IMG/VR virus record: IMGVR_UViG_3300044712_000792
Coordinates: 1 to 64,000 of that record
DNA: 64,000 nt
Strand: one strand, 5' to 3'
DNA from: a virus
Shown: positions 20,154-29,521 of the stretch, piece after piece
Position numbering within the stretch: position 1 is the first letter of the stretch
How the letters are laid out: each line of letters opens with the position of its first letter
The notes under the pieces: generated by a model
The model's input: the letters and a program-made list of their open reading frames with translations, nothing else
Databases searched by the model: none
Told to the model about the DNA's origin: nothing
Position numbers and translations under genes: made by a program

Positions 20154-20441
20154 ATGGCCATCAATGTTAATCTAGTAGCGGTATTAGAAGCCAACCAATA
20201 TGCTAATTTTTTTGATGTTATTGACCTTCTTACTGAAGTTGAAAAAGCCACACTTGCAAATATGTTTGAAAGAGAAATTGATAAGCTGTATAACAAGCTA
20301 GAACATAGCTTTTTCATTACAAAAAAGAGAAAGTTCAAGCTTTCAGATGACCTATTGTTCTACTTGAAAATGTATAGAGAACTAGCTGATGAACAGAAAA
20401 AACAGCAAATTGGGTTTGGTGCCCCCGAAAAAGAAGAATAG
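20154..20441 (+). CDS. Hypothetical protein
   Basis: AGGAGG SD. Confidence 0.6.
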   Translation: MAINVNLVAVLEANQYANFFDVIDLLTEVEKATLANMFEREIDKLYNKLEHSFFITKKRKFKLSDDLLFYLKMYRELADEQKKQQIGFGAPEKEE

Positions 20442-20465
20442 TATTATGAGTTTGTTTTATATAAT
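20442..20465 (+). promoter_or_regulatory. Recurrent phage promoter-like motif (copy)
   Basis: TATTATGAGTTTGTTTTATATAAT directly before AGGAGG. Confidence 0.7.
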
Positions 20466-20477
20466 AGGAGGCAATAA

Positions 20478-21677
20478 ATGCCTGATTTAGTGGGCGTTCT
20501 TAAAATTATTAACAAGCTGAAGGAAGATGGGGTTATTTCTGACTTTATTATAGGTGGGGGTGTGGCTTGCACTTTTCATTCAGAAGCCGTTACCACAGAT
20601 GATTTAGACATTTTTGTTTTGACTCCTTCCCCAGCACCTCTTATTTTGACTTATACCCCCGTTTATGAGGCTTTAGAGAGGCTTGGAGCGGTATGGCAGG
20701 GGGAATACCTAGTCTTGCACGGAATTAAGCTACAATTCGTTTTTATAGAGAAGGGTTTGGCTAAAGAGTCATTTGAACACCCTGATTACATAGAACTTGA
20801 TGGATTAACTATCAAAGTAGAAGCACCGGAATATCTTATTGCTAAATACACAGATATTCAAAGGGGTAAGGATTTAATCAAAATCCATAACCTATTAAGG
20901 GATTCAAGTGTTGATTTCAAAAAGCTTAAGGATATTTTAGTTAGATACAATCTTCTAGCTAAATACAATATTCTTGTTAAGAAGTTTGGACTTGATACCT
21001 TAAAGGAACAAAAGTTTGTATCAGAACATAGTGATAAGGAACTGTTTGAAAGGAAAGAGAGATACCATAAAGAAATGGCACATCTTCCTATTAAAGAAAA
21101 AATAGAACAGATAAATGGTATTCTCGCTTTAAGCGAACAGATTAAACAAATAAAGGAGAGAAATATGGTTAAGGAAGGTAAAGAAAAGTCAAAAAAGCAG
21201 GTTGGTTATTTGCTTTCAAAGAATAGCCCTCTTACAAAAAAGCAAAAGGACAAATTAAAAGACGAATTGCATAGTGGAGAAGTTACTATAAAAGAGGCAT
21301 ATGAGAATAGTCCTAAAGCCTCTAGTAATGTGGATTTCATTATAAAGTCTATTGATAATTTAACCCTAGATATAAACGAACCTTACAATGTAGATGAGAA
21401 AATCACAGCTTCTAGGCTAATTGTTGATGTTGTTGAAGATGCACTTGATAGCGTGTGTCCAGACTTTTTTAGGTTATATGACATTAAGACAGCGAAGTTT
21501 GGGAAAAAGCAGATGGGTGGGTCTATTGTATATTTAATCCCCTTTACTGTTATTGACAAAGACACCACTAATACAATCTTTTGGGGTGAAATAAAAGGTG
21601 AAGTTATGCCCTTTAACGGAACTGAAAACGGTGCTGTTAAAAAGGTAACTATATTCAATCTCCAAAAAGAGGGATAA
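20478..21677 (+). CDS. Pol-beta-superfamily nucleotidyltransferase (AbiEii/DUF6036-like) fused to unrelated C-terminal modules
   Basis: IIGGGVA...TTDDLDIFV, PEYLIAK, RGKD. Confidence 0.75.
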   Translation: MPDLVGVLKIINKLKEDGVISDFIIGGGVACTFHSEAVTTDDLDIFVLTPSPAPLILTYTPVYEALERLGAVWQGEYLVLHGIKLQFVFIEKGLAKESFEHPDYIELDGLTIKVEAPEYLIAKYTDIQRGKDLIKIHNLLRDSSVDFKKLKDILVRYNLLAKYNILVKKFGLDTLKEQKFVSEHSDKELFERKERYHKEMAHLPIKEKIEQINGILALSEQIKQIKERNMVKEGKEKSKKQVGYLLSKNSPLTKKQKDKLKDELHSGEVTIKEAYENSPKASSNVDFIIKSIDNLTLDINEPYNVDEKITASRLIVDVVEDALDSVCPDFFRLYDIKTAKFGKKQMGGSIVYLIPFTVIDKDTTNTIFWGEIKGEVMPFNGTENGAVKKVTIFNLQKEG

Positions 21678-22001
21678 ATGATTGTTGTAAAGCAGTTAGA
21701 TGATAAAACTTATGAAATCATTGAGGAAATGAAGATTACTTCTTTATGGTTTTCTGAACTTGACACAGAGATTTTAAAATCTAATATAAAGTTGGCTACC
21801 ATAGAAGTGTCGGAAGATGATGAAGCTAAAAGAGTTGCGTTTAATGAAGGTTTAAAAGACCACCTAGAAAAGAGAAAGAAAATTGATTTCTATGATAGGC
21901 TTTGCGTTTCAATAGAAGACATTGTATTACTTAAATTTGTTGCTAATATAACCACAGATGAGATACTAGAAAAATTTAGAAACAAGCTGAAAAGCTGGTA
22001 G
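21678..22001 (+). CDS. Hypothetical protein
   Basis: Abuts previous ORF. Confidence 0.55.
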   Translation: MIVVKQLDDKTYEIIEEMKITSLWFSELDTEILKSNIKLATIEVSEDDEAKRVAFNEGLKDHLEKRKKIDFYDRLCVSIEDIVLLKFVANITTDEILEKFRNKLKSW

Positions 22002-22002
22002 G

Positions 22003-22338
22003 ATGAAAATGTACTATATATCTTTTTTTGAAATCAAAAAAGGTGAAAAACCAACAGAAAAAAATACTAGAAAAATTACATATTCTATTTCTAGCCTTTT
22101 TATGGATTGTGTTATAGAGGTAATAATTGGTGGAATACAAAAATTTGAAGAACTTAAATTTTATAATGTTAGTAGAGAACAATTGATTTTTTTGTTAGAT
22201 TTTTGCGAAAAATATATTATTCGCCATTTAAGTACACATCTTATGCATGCTATTGGAGATTTATATGAACTTATAAATAACTATCAATTTGAGGTTAATG
22301 ATTTATATGTACAAATAGGGGAGGTAGGTGAAAGATGA
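22003..22338 (+). CDS. Hypothetical protein
   Basis: Operon ORF. Confidence 0.5.
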   Translation: MKMYYISFFEIKKGEKPTEKNTRKITYSISSLFMDCVIEVIIGGIQKFEELKFYNVSREQLIFLLDFCEKYIIRHLSTHLMHAIGDLYELINNYQFEVNDLYVQIGEVGER

Positions 22339-22598
22339 TTAGTGAAAAGGCTATTTTGTCCATTAAAAAAGATGTTGCTAGATTAAAAAGTAAAGTTGAA
22401 GAACTAGGTTTAAATATTGAACTGCTTGAACATCATTGTGAAGATTATGAGAAGTTTTTGGACAAAGAAGGAAGTTGCACAGATGAATTTCTTTCTGATT
22501 ATGCTGGTGATATTCAAGAATTTATTGATGACATAGAAAAGAATGTTGAAGATGTAGATACAGAGGCTATGGATTTCCTTGAGGGTCTTATTAAATAA
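22335..22598 (+). CDS. Acidic coiled-coil hypothetical protein
   Basis: GGAGG SD; D/E rich. Confidence 0.55.
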   Translation: MISEKAILSIKKDVARLKSKVEELGLNIELLEHHCEDYEKFLDKEGSCTDEFLSDYAGDIQEFIDDIEKNVEDVDTEAMDFLEGLIK

Positions 22599-22600
22599 CA

Positions 22601-22624
22601 TTATTGTGTGTTTGTTTTAATAAT
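22601..22624 (+). promoter_or_regulatory. Recurrent phage promoter-like motif (copy)
   Basis: TTATTGTGTGTTTGTTTTAATAAT then GGAGG. Confidence 0.75.
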
Positions 22625-22636
22625 TGGAGGTAGCAA

Positions 22637-22828
22637 ATGAATTGGTTGATTGGGTGTACGAAAAAAGGCTGTAAGTGCCACGACACCAAAGAAGATACAT
22701 TTACTTGTTCTAGTTGCGGAAAGTCTTATACATTTGAGGAATACGCAGGAGTATTTGAAGGTAAATGTTATTGTGTGTGGTGCTGTACTATAGCAAAGAA
22801 GGTGGTTTCGGAAGAGAAAAATGGATAA
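22637..22828 (+). CDS. Small zinc-finger protein
   Basis: CSSC, CVWC. Confidence 0.55.
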   Translation: MNWLIGCTKKGCKCHDTKEDTFTCSSCGKSYTFEEYAGVFEGKCYCVWCCTIAKKVVSEEKNG

Positions 22829-23660
22829 CAAAAAACTTTCAACCACCTGTTCCTTATGTAAGCAGAACTTCCCACCAGAAGATATGCAAGATATGGCTTT
22901 ACTGCCAGCCAATTTAATTCATCATTATGAGGAATGGTTCGGTAAGCCATTAGAAGTTCAAGTAGATAGTGAACAAAGTAAAGCTATTGTTTGTTATAAT
23001 TGTTTTGTTAGGTACTCTGGAACGCAACACACAACACAATTAGACATACTTTCAAATAGTTGGGATAAGTATGCCATTAAAGACGATTTACTATCTTTGG
23101 CTTTAATACACGGAAGAAAATTAAGCTATTTAATGCGATTTGCTGGGGCTATAAGGTTGCACGAAGAATCGGTTGCGGAACATTCATATTGGGTTACTTT
23201 GATAAGTTATGCGATAAGTCAGAAGTATTTCAAGGATATACCCATAAATACGCAAAATCTGTTCATTACAGCAATGTTTCACGACTGGTCAGAGATTATC
23301 ACTTCCGATGTGATTACTCCTCTTAAAGTCCAAATAAAGAAGCTATACGACCAAATAGAGGATAACATCGTAGCTAGTCTAGAAAAGAAAATTGGCATAG
23401 ACAACCTATCCTCTTTGATGTCAGATTTTAATAATCTAACCTCTGTTGAAGGTGCAATAGTAGCAATAGCCGATAAAATTTCTTGTTATCTATATATTCG
23501 TGAAGAGGCGTTGCTTGGAAATCAAAATTTTAGGAAAGGTGTGTTGGCAAAAGTAGAAAATGATTTGTTTGATATGGTTGGGAAAATCAAACTTCCTTCA
23601 GACCAAGTAGCTATATTTGAACAAGCAATAGAAGAAATAATAAAAACAATCGAGGATTAA
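22821..23660 (+). CDS. HD-domain nucleotide phosphohydrolase (YfbR/DatZ-like) with N-terminal Cys4 finger
   Basis: RF...ESVAEHSY, FHDWSEIITSD, IADKI; N-terminal CSLC...CYNC. Confidence 0.85.
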   Translation: MDNKKLSTTCSLCKQNFPPEDMQDMALLPANLIHHYEEWFGKPLEVQVDSEQSKAIVCYNCFVRYSGTQHTTQLDILSNSWDKYAIKDDLLSLALIHGRKLSYLMRFAGAIRLHEESVAEHSYWVTLISYAISQKYFKDIPINTQNLFITAMFHDWSEIITSDVITPLKVQIKKLYDQIEDNIVASLEKKIGIDNLSSLMSDFNNLTSVEGAIVAIADKISCYLYIREEALLGNQNFRKGVLAKVENDLFDMVGKIKLPSDQVAIFEQAIEEIIKTIED

Positions 23661-24602
23661 ATGACTTCTCTAGAGCTTAAAGATAAGATTATAAACGAGT
23701 TATCACCATATAAGTATAGTCAAACAGAATCACATATGATACTTTGGTGTCCTTTTTGTGATGATAGAAGCCATTCTCATGCCCACTTATATTTTGCAAA
23801 AGACACATTAAAATGGCATTGTTTTATGTGTGGGACATCTGGAAATAGACCCTTTGAATTACTTGAAAAGTATGGAATTCATATTAACTATTATGACTAT
23901 CTTGACCTATTCCTTAAAGATGTTGATGTTGTTAGGGAAAGCGTTGAACTAGAGGAAGACAACGAAGAACTGAAAGAGTTTGCGGAACAATATAAAAATA
24001 TACAGCCCAATACCGATGCTTATAACTATCTAAAGACAAGGCTTATAAGCGATTATGACATAGAATTCTCTTGGAAACTATGGGACAAATATCCAGAATA
24101 CATTTTTTGGGTTTATTTTGATGCTAATTATAAAATAAAATACTATATTGGGCGGAATTATGTTAATCCCAAGCCAAAGAAGAAATATCTCAATGCTAAA
24201 AATTTGTCTGTTCCTTTTGTGGTATTTCATAAACAAGACCCGTTGTTTATTGCTAAAAAAGAGAAGTATGGAATCTTTCTAGTAGAAGGTATATTTGATG
24301 CTTACAATACACCCTTTACAGCCGTCCCATTGTTCTCAAAGAATATTAATAGTTCTTTGATTACAGATATTTCTAATTACTGCTTTACAAATAATGCTTT
24401 TCCAATTATAGCTGTTGATTCTGATGCTGAAAAGGAAAGATATACTATTGCGAAAAAACTGTTTGACAATGGTGTAAATACTATTGGTTTATTTACTTTC
24501 GGTAAAGATGAAAAAGACTTTGGGGAAGGTAAGCACAAATTTTTAGGTTATAAAGAGTTCATACCAAAGATTAAATATTACAATCCTTATGTGAAACTGT
24601 AA
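23661..24602 (+). CDS. DNA primase (zinc-binding + TOPRIM)
   Basis: CPFC...H...HCFMC; KYLN; VEGIFDA; DSDA; KDFGE. Confidence 0.88.
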   Translation: MTSLELKDKIINELSPYKYSQTESHMILWCPFCDDRSHSHAHLYFAKDTLKWHCFMCGTSGNRPFELLEKYGIHINYYDYLDLFLKDVDVVRESVELEEDNEELKEFAEQYKNIQPNTDAYNYLKTRLISDYDIEFSWKLWDKYPEYIFWVYFDANYKIKYYIGRNYVNPKPKKKYLNAKNLSVPFVVFHKQDPLFIAKKEKYGIFLVEGIFDAYNTPFTAVPLFSKNINSSLITDISNYCFTNNAFPIIAVDSDAEKERYTIAKKLFDNGVNTIGLFTFGKDEKDFGEGKHKFLGYKEFIPKIKYYNPYVKL

Positions 24603-24651
24603 CGCCTCCCATTACCATTAGAAAAAGAATATAATATAAAAGGAGGCACAA

Positions 24652-24867
24652 ATGCCTATGAAAATAAATGTAGTTGGCAAATGCCCTAATTGTGATGCAA
24701 ATAACTTTATGGTTATTGGAACAACCACCTATACGGGTTATGTAGACGAAAACGGAGAACTTCACTTAACAACCGATAGTACACCAGCAATAGAGAATGA
24801 TGTTGATTGTATTGGTTGTGGTGAAAGTTTCCCAATAACCTCATTCTTAAAAGTTAGTATAGAGTAA
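24652..24867 (+). CDS. Small zinc-ribbon protein
   Basis: CPNC...CIGC; AGGAGG SD. Confidence 0.6.
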   Translation: MPMKINVVGKCPNCDANNFMVIGTTTYTGYVDENGELHLTTDSTPAIENDVDCIGCGESFPITSFLKVSIE

Positions 24868-24876
24868 GGAGTAAAA

Positions 24877-25134
24877 ATGTCATCAAATAAAATGGCAGAT
24901 TACTTATACGAAAAAATATTCCACACATATAAAAGAGTTGGAAGAATACAAGCTAGAGAAATGTTGCTGAAATTAACAATTCCTGATTTGAGAGATATAT
25001 GTTATAGCACAGGTATGCCAAGTGAAGGGTCTAAAACTAAATTGGTTGATACTGTTATGCATAAGATGGAGATTCAACACAATCTATCTAGTGCTGATAG
25101 TGTAAAGTTCTTTGACGACGAATTCTCCCCTTAA
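24877..25134 (+). CDS. SAP-like helix-extension-helix protein
   Basis: LTIPDLRDIC...GMPSEGSKTKLVDTV fits SAP pattern. Confidence 0.5.
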   Translation: MSSNKMADYLYEKIFHTYKRVGRIQAREMLLKLTIPDLRDICYSTGMPSEGSKTKLVDTVMHKMEIQHNLSSADSVKFFDDEFSP

Positions 25135-25139
25135 AAAAA

Positions 25140-25163
25140 TTATTGTGTATTTGTTTTAATAAT
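25140..25163 (+). promoter_or_regulatory. Recurrent phage promoter-like motif (copy)
   Basis: TTATTGTGTATTTGTTTTAATAAT then GGAGG. Confidence 0.75.
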
Positions 25164-25174
25164 TGGAGGCTACT

Positions 25175-26146
25175 ATGAGAATGGTTAGACCGATGGGAGC
25201 AGTTACCCCCACTAAAGAAAAACTTGAAAAGGCTTATGCTAGTTCGGATTGGCATGCCGAACCTAAAATGGACGGGTCTAGATATATTGCCCAAATCATT
25301 GATGGTAAAGTATTTCTGACATCAAGAAGAGAATCAGTTAAAGGCGGAATGGTTGATAAAACTCTCAATGTTCCTCATATAATTGAAGAACTTTCTAAAC
25401 TTCCTAATTGTATTCTTGATGGTGAAATAGACAATAGGGATATTAGAGATTTCCATAGAGTTCAAGGCATTATGGGTTCTCTGCCTGACAAAGCTTGGGA
25501 AAAACAAGGGTTTAATATTAAGGAAGAAACTAAACCAGAAATTCTAGCAGGTATCATATATCCAAAGGGGGAAGGCCCTCTTGTTTACAAAGTGTTTGAC
25601 ATCCTTGAGATTAATGGTATGGATTTAAGACCTACCCATTTAGCCCATAGGATGATACATCTTAAGATAATCAAGGATATGAAATATGTTCTTCGTGTTC
25701 CTATGATTACAGGTGAAGAAAACAAAAGAAAAGCCTTTGAAGAAGCCATCAATAATGGTATGGAAGGAATCATATTGAAGAATAGATGTGCTCCTTATGT
25801 AGAAGATAAAAAGCCAGCCAATGTTTGGTATAAAGTCAAGCTGTGCAACACTTACGATGGTGTGGTAGTTGGTTATAAAATGGGTGAAGGTAAGTACAAA
25901 GACACTCTTGGAACACTTACTATTTCTCAATATAAAGATGGAAAGCTGACTGAAGTTGCTGAAATAAGCGGAATGACAGATGCCCAAAGGAATGAATTCA
26001 AAAACCGAATAGATGGTGGTGATTTGAATTGGGTTGTTGAATTTAAAGCACAAGAAACTGATGCTAATGGTAGGTATAGACATCCAAGGTTTGCTAGGAT
26101 TAGGCTTGACAAAGCACCTACTCAATGTAAATATGGAGAAGCATAA
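25175..26146 (+). CDS. ATP-dependent DNA ligase
   Basis: EPKMDGSR, LDGEI, FDIL, EGIILK, WYKVK, RYRHPRF..IR.DK. Confidence 0.93.
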   Translation: MRMVRPMGAVTPTKEKLEKAYASSDWHAEPKMDGSRYIAQIIDGKVFLTSRRESVKGGMVDKTLNVPHIIEELSKLPNCILDGEIDNRDIRDFHRVQGIMGSLPDKAWEKQGFNIKEETKPEILAGIIYPKGEGPLVYKVFDILEINGMDLRPTHLAHRMIHLKIIKDMKYVLRVPMITGEENKRKAFEEAINNGMEGIILKNRCAPYVEDKKPANVWYKVKLCNTYDGVVVGYKMGEGKYKDTLGTLTISQYKDGKLTEVAEISGMTDAQRNEFKNRIDGGDLNWVVEFKAQETDANGRYRHPRFARIRLDKAPTQCKYGEA

Positions 26147-26254
26147 TGACTAGGTTTATAGTGGAACTGTGTATATGGGCAATTAGCGTTGTTCTTGCAA
26201 TGATTTATGGATACTGTTGTGGCTATGATGGTGGGTATCTTAAAGGTTTGAAAG

Positions 26255-26449
26255 ATGGCGGAAAAACAAATGCTTGACCTTAAGGACGAGTGTGAAAAAT
26301 ACAAAGAGAAAGTTCAAGATGCTGTTGGCAACTTGCTTTCTAATTTAAGTGACCTTGAAAGAGTTGAAGCAAAAGATGGTGACAGATTTTGTTTTAGAAT
26401 AAAAGATGTTGCCGAAGCTATAAAGAGATTCAAGAAAGACCTGGAATAG
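26255..26449 (+). CDS. Hypothetical protein
   Basis: Short helical ORF. Confidence 0.45.
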   Translation: MAEKQMLDLKDECEKYKEKVQDAVGNLLSNLSDLERVEAKDGDRFCFRIKDVAEAIKRFKKDLE

Positions 26450-26459
26450 GAGGAATAAA

Positions 26460-26738
26460 ATGTTAGATTTTATTTGTTCTTTGTTCGGTGAAAAGGTTAA
26501 GGATAAGCCAGCCAATTATGATGAATTACATTGGACAGATAAGGAACTACACAAGAGGCCTATTTATTTAGAAGTTCCTAGAAAGACACCTACACATAGC
26601 GTTTTTTGTTTTTGTTCTGATTGCGAAAAAATGCAACCTATGGCTACCAACTGCACTTGTTTCGTGTGTGGTTCAAAGTCAATAGCGGTTAGATGCAACA
26701 ATAATGCACCAATAAGGACAGATTTGGATGAGGTATAA
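26460..26738 (+). CDS. Zinc-ribbon hypothetical protein
   Basis: CSDC...CFVC; AGGAGG SD. Confidence 0.55.
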   Translation: MLDFICSLFGEKVKDKPANYDELHWTDKELHKRPIYLEVPRKTPTHSVFCFCSDCEKMQPMATNCTCFVCGSKSIAVRCNNNAPIRTDLDEV

Positions 26739-27128
26739 TTTAGGATATTTCCACTATTCCCCAAGGCTTGTTGTTATAAAAAGGTCTTGGTTTAAGGAAT
26801 GTTTAATACATTGGCTATGGTGGACTTGGCGATATGAAATATGTGATGGTAGGATATAGGGAGGTTGAAAATGCCTAAATGCGTTCGTTGTGGATATGAA
26901 AATTGTAAATGTGATGTTGATGATGGGTGTCTATGTTGTCCAAAGCATTGCTTCTCTAAAAAACAGATAGATTATTTTGACTCTGTTCCTAAAGCAACAG
27001 TAATGGAAATTTTTGACCTTGCTGAAGCTATTGAGAAAACCAAATATTTAAGCAGACAACATAAAGAACTTGTAACTAGATACTACACACTAAAGGACGA
27101 AATTTGTGGTGTAAAAGCGGAGGAATAA

Positions 27129-27380
27129 ATGCCTGACATTTCTATGTGTTTGGGTGGTGAGTGTCCTTTCAAAGAAAAGTGCTATAGATATACTGCCACA
27201 CCTGATAAATTTGCCCAAACTTATTCCGATTTTCCTAAACAGCTGCAAAAGAATAAGAATGGTAAATACAAGCATTGTGAGCACTTTATGGCAATACCAG
27301 AACCTATGACCAAGGAAGAATATTTGGAAGCCCTATGTGGCTTATATCAGCATTGGGATGTGAAAAAATGGAGCGATTAG
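27129..27380 (+). CDS. Small Cys-containing phage protein
   Basis: MPDISMC...CPFKEKCYRYTA; GGAGG SD. Confidence 0.6.
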   Translation: MPDISMCLGGECPFKEKCYRYTATPDKFAQTYSDFPKQLQKNKNGKYKHCEHFMAIPEPMTKEEYLEALCGLYQHWDVKKWSD

Positions 27381-27733
27381 GTAAGATACTGCTTAAATTG
27401 TCTTTGATTTTAATGTCAATATTTATGTTGCTTGGTGGTATTATAATAATTGATGTTATACTCTTTGGCGAGAATCAGCACACATTATTTATTGCTATTT
27501 TAATTTGGATAATCTATGCTTTTTGTTTTCTTGATGTAATTGAATATCCCAAAGGTGTTCCAGCTAAAATTTTTAAGTGGCTAATTAGTTGGAAATAGGA
27601 GATTAAGATGATTAATATTGAAGCTAGAAAAGGAAGATTTCATTTTTTGCTTGGTATTTCATTGGGGTTTTGGTTAGGCTTTTGTTCAGCCTTTCTTTTA
27701 ATGACACTTTCTTTTATGAAATAGGAGATTGAA

Positions 27734-28081
27734 ATGGAATATGCTAAAATAAATGTAAACAGACAGCGGTGTTTTCCTTTTTGCCATAAATATTTTGATA
27801 TATGGGAATTTCAAGAACGAGTAACATCAAATACTTATTATATTGAAAATGTTGGTTGGAGAGATGTGTGTGTTAAATGTGGCAAAATGAGGTTTTGGAT
27901 ATATGGTGATTGTGGTGAGGTAACAGGCAAAGAAAAGGAAGTAATTATGTCTAAATTGATTGACAAAGGAACATATTTCATTCTTGATGAACCTGTGCAT
28001 CATTTAATTGATGTAACTTATAAAGGCGAAATAACACCAGCGTATTTTGAACGATTAAGACAAGAAGAGATTAATAAATAG
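27734..28081 (+). CDS. Hypothetical protein
   Basis: AGGAGATTGAAATG start. Confidence 0.55.
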   Translation: MEYAKINVNRQRCFPFCHKYFDIWEFQERVTSNTYYIENVGWRDVCVKCGKMRFWIYGDCGEVTGKEKEVIMSKLIDKGTYFILDEPVHHLIDVTYKGEITPAYFERLRQEEINK

Positions 28082-28090
28082 GAGGATATT

Positions 28091-28870
28091 GTGGAACTTC
28101 TTAAAACTATTTTGACGGACAAAAACAATAAATTTGATATGTATGAACACTCTATTGTTCTAGCATACCGAGGAAGTATCTCACACGGAACATATATCCC
28201 AAAAGACGACCCTAATCATATTGATGATAAGGATATTATGGGTATTGTTATCCCACCACTAGATTACTACTTTGGCTTAAAGACCTTTGAACAGTTTGAA
28301 AGGATTGAACAGTATTGGGACATTGTTCTATATGATTTCATTAAAGCTGTAAAGCTATTTGTGAAATCAAACCCAAATATTATGCAATTACTGTGGACAC
28401 CAGAGAAGCACATCTTAAAAACTACTGAAATCTTTAACACTTTATGTGCTAATAGACAGCTTTTTGTCAATAAAGAAATCTATAAGTCGTATTGTGGGTA
28501 TGCTTATTCTCAATTAAAAAAGATGACACACGGAGCATATCAGGGCTATATGGGAGAAAAGCGTAAAAAGCTTGTTCAGGAATTTGGCTTTGATGCTAAA
28601 AACGCACAGCACCTTATTAGGCTTTTAAGGCAGGGGGTTGAGTTCCTTAATACAGGTGAGTTGATTGTGGAAAGACCTGATAGGGAAGAACTTATTGACA
28701 TTAAGACTGGTAAATGGTCTTTAGAGAAAGTAGAACGAGAAGCAACCATTCTGTTTTCAACTATGGAAGAAGCATACAATAACTCAAAACTTCCAAATGA
28801 ACCTAATGTAGAAGCTATTAATAAACTTGTAAGTGAATTACTTTTTAACTACTATAGAAGAAATAAATAA
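28091..28870 (+). CDS. Nucleotidyltransferase, YcgL/RlaP/NrdC.11-like family
   Basis: RGSISHG...DDKDIMG, NPNIMQLL, GYAYSQ, KNAQHLIRLL, LIDIKTG. Confidence 0.85.
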   Translation: MELLKTILTDKNNKFDMYEHSIVLAYRGSISHGTYIPKDDPNHIDDKDIMGIVIPPLDYYFGLKTFEQFERIEQYWDIVLYDFIKAVKLFVKSNPNIMQLLWTPEKHILKTTEIFNTLCANRQLFVNKEIYKSYCGYAYSQLKKMTHGAYQGYMGEKRKKLVQEFGFDAKNAQHLIRLLRQGVEFLNTGELIVERPDREELIDIKTGKWSLEKVEREATILFSTMEEAYNNSKLPNEPNVEAINKLVSELLFNYYRRNK

Positions 28871-28892
28871 TTATGTGTTTGTTTTAATAAGT
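28870..28892 (+). promoter_or_regulatory. Recurrent phage promoter-like motif (copy)
   Basis: ATTATGTGTTTGTTTTAATAAGT. Confidence 0.7.
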
Positions 28893-28906
28893 AGAAGGAG
28901 GATTAG

Positions 28907-29128
28907 ATGAAATTCCAAAAGCTGATACTGATAACGGAAGCAAACTTATATCTTAATATAGATAAGATAGTAAGCGTAGAACAACATCAACAGAAACCAG
29001 ATGTTATACATATTATGGTTGAAGGTAGCACAAATCCTTACATAATCTCACTAGCAGAGTTTGAAAAGAAACTGCTTCCCCACATACAAAATTCACTTGT
29101 TTCAGCTACACAACTCTTTAATGATTAA
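28907..29128 (+). CDS. Hypothetical protein
   Basis: AGGAGG SD. Confidence 0.55.
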   Translation: MKFQKLILITEANLYLNIDKIVSVEQHQQKPDVIHIMVEGSTNPYIISLAEFEKKLLPHIQNSLVSATQLFND

Positions 29129-29138
29129 GGAGGATGCC

Positions 29139-29519
29139 ATGTTAGGGAATTTTCGGTTATGGGTTCCGTCAAAAAAGACGATGTTATACGCCAAACGAAA
29201 CGACGAAGATACGCTAATCCTCAAACTAGAACTTGATGGTAGTGATTCTTGGAGGGTTTTTGTTGAAGACATCCGCTGGCAGAAGTTTGAATCATTTACC
29301 GAAAGAACAGCAACCATACTCTTTGATAGCGGAGTAAAGGACAAAACGGGAAGACACATCTATGATGGTGATGTTGTTCTAGTTGATGGCCTTGTCGCAA
29401 CTGTGTTTTACAGCGAAAGGTTTGGCGGATTTGAAGTCCAAGCAACTGGCAATAGCATAGGCTTTTACAGGGACATTGAAGTTCTAGGAAACATTTACGA
29501 GAACCCAACTCTGGTATAA
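29139..29519 (+). CDS. YopX-family phage protein
   Basis: FRLW...GVKDKTGRHIYDGDVV...EVLGNIYENP. Confidence 0.85.
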   Translation: MLGNFRLWVPSKKTMLYAKRNDEDTLILKLELDGSDSWRVFVEDIRWQKFESFTERTATILFDSGVKDKTGRHIYDGDVVLVDGLVATVFYSERFGGFEVQATGNSIGFYRDIEVLGNIYENPTLV

Positions 29520-29521
29520 CA

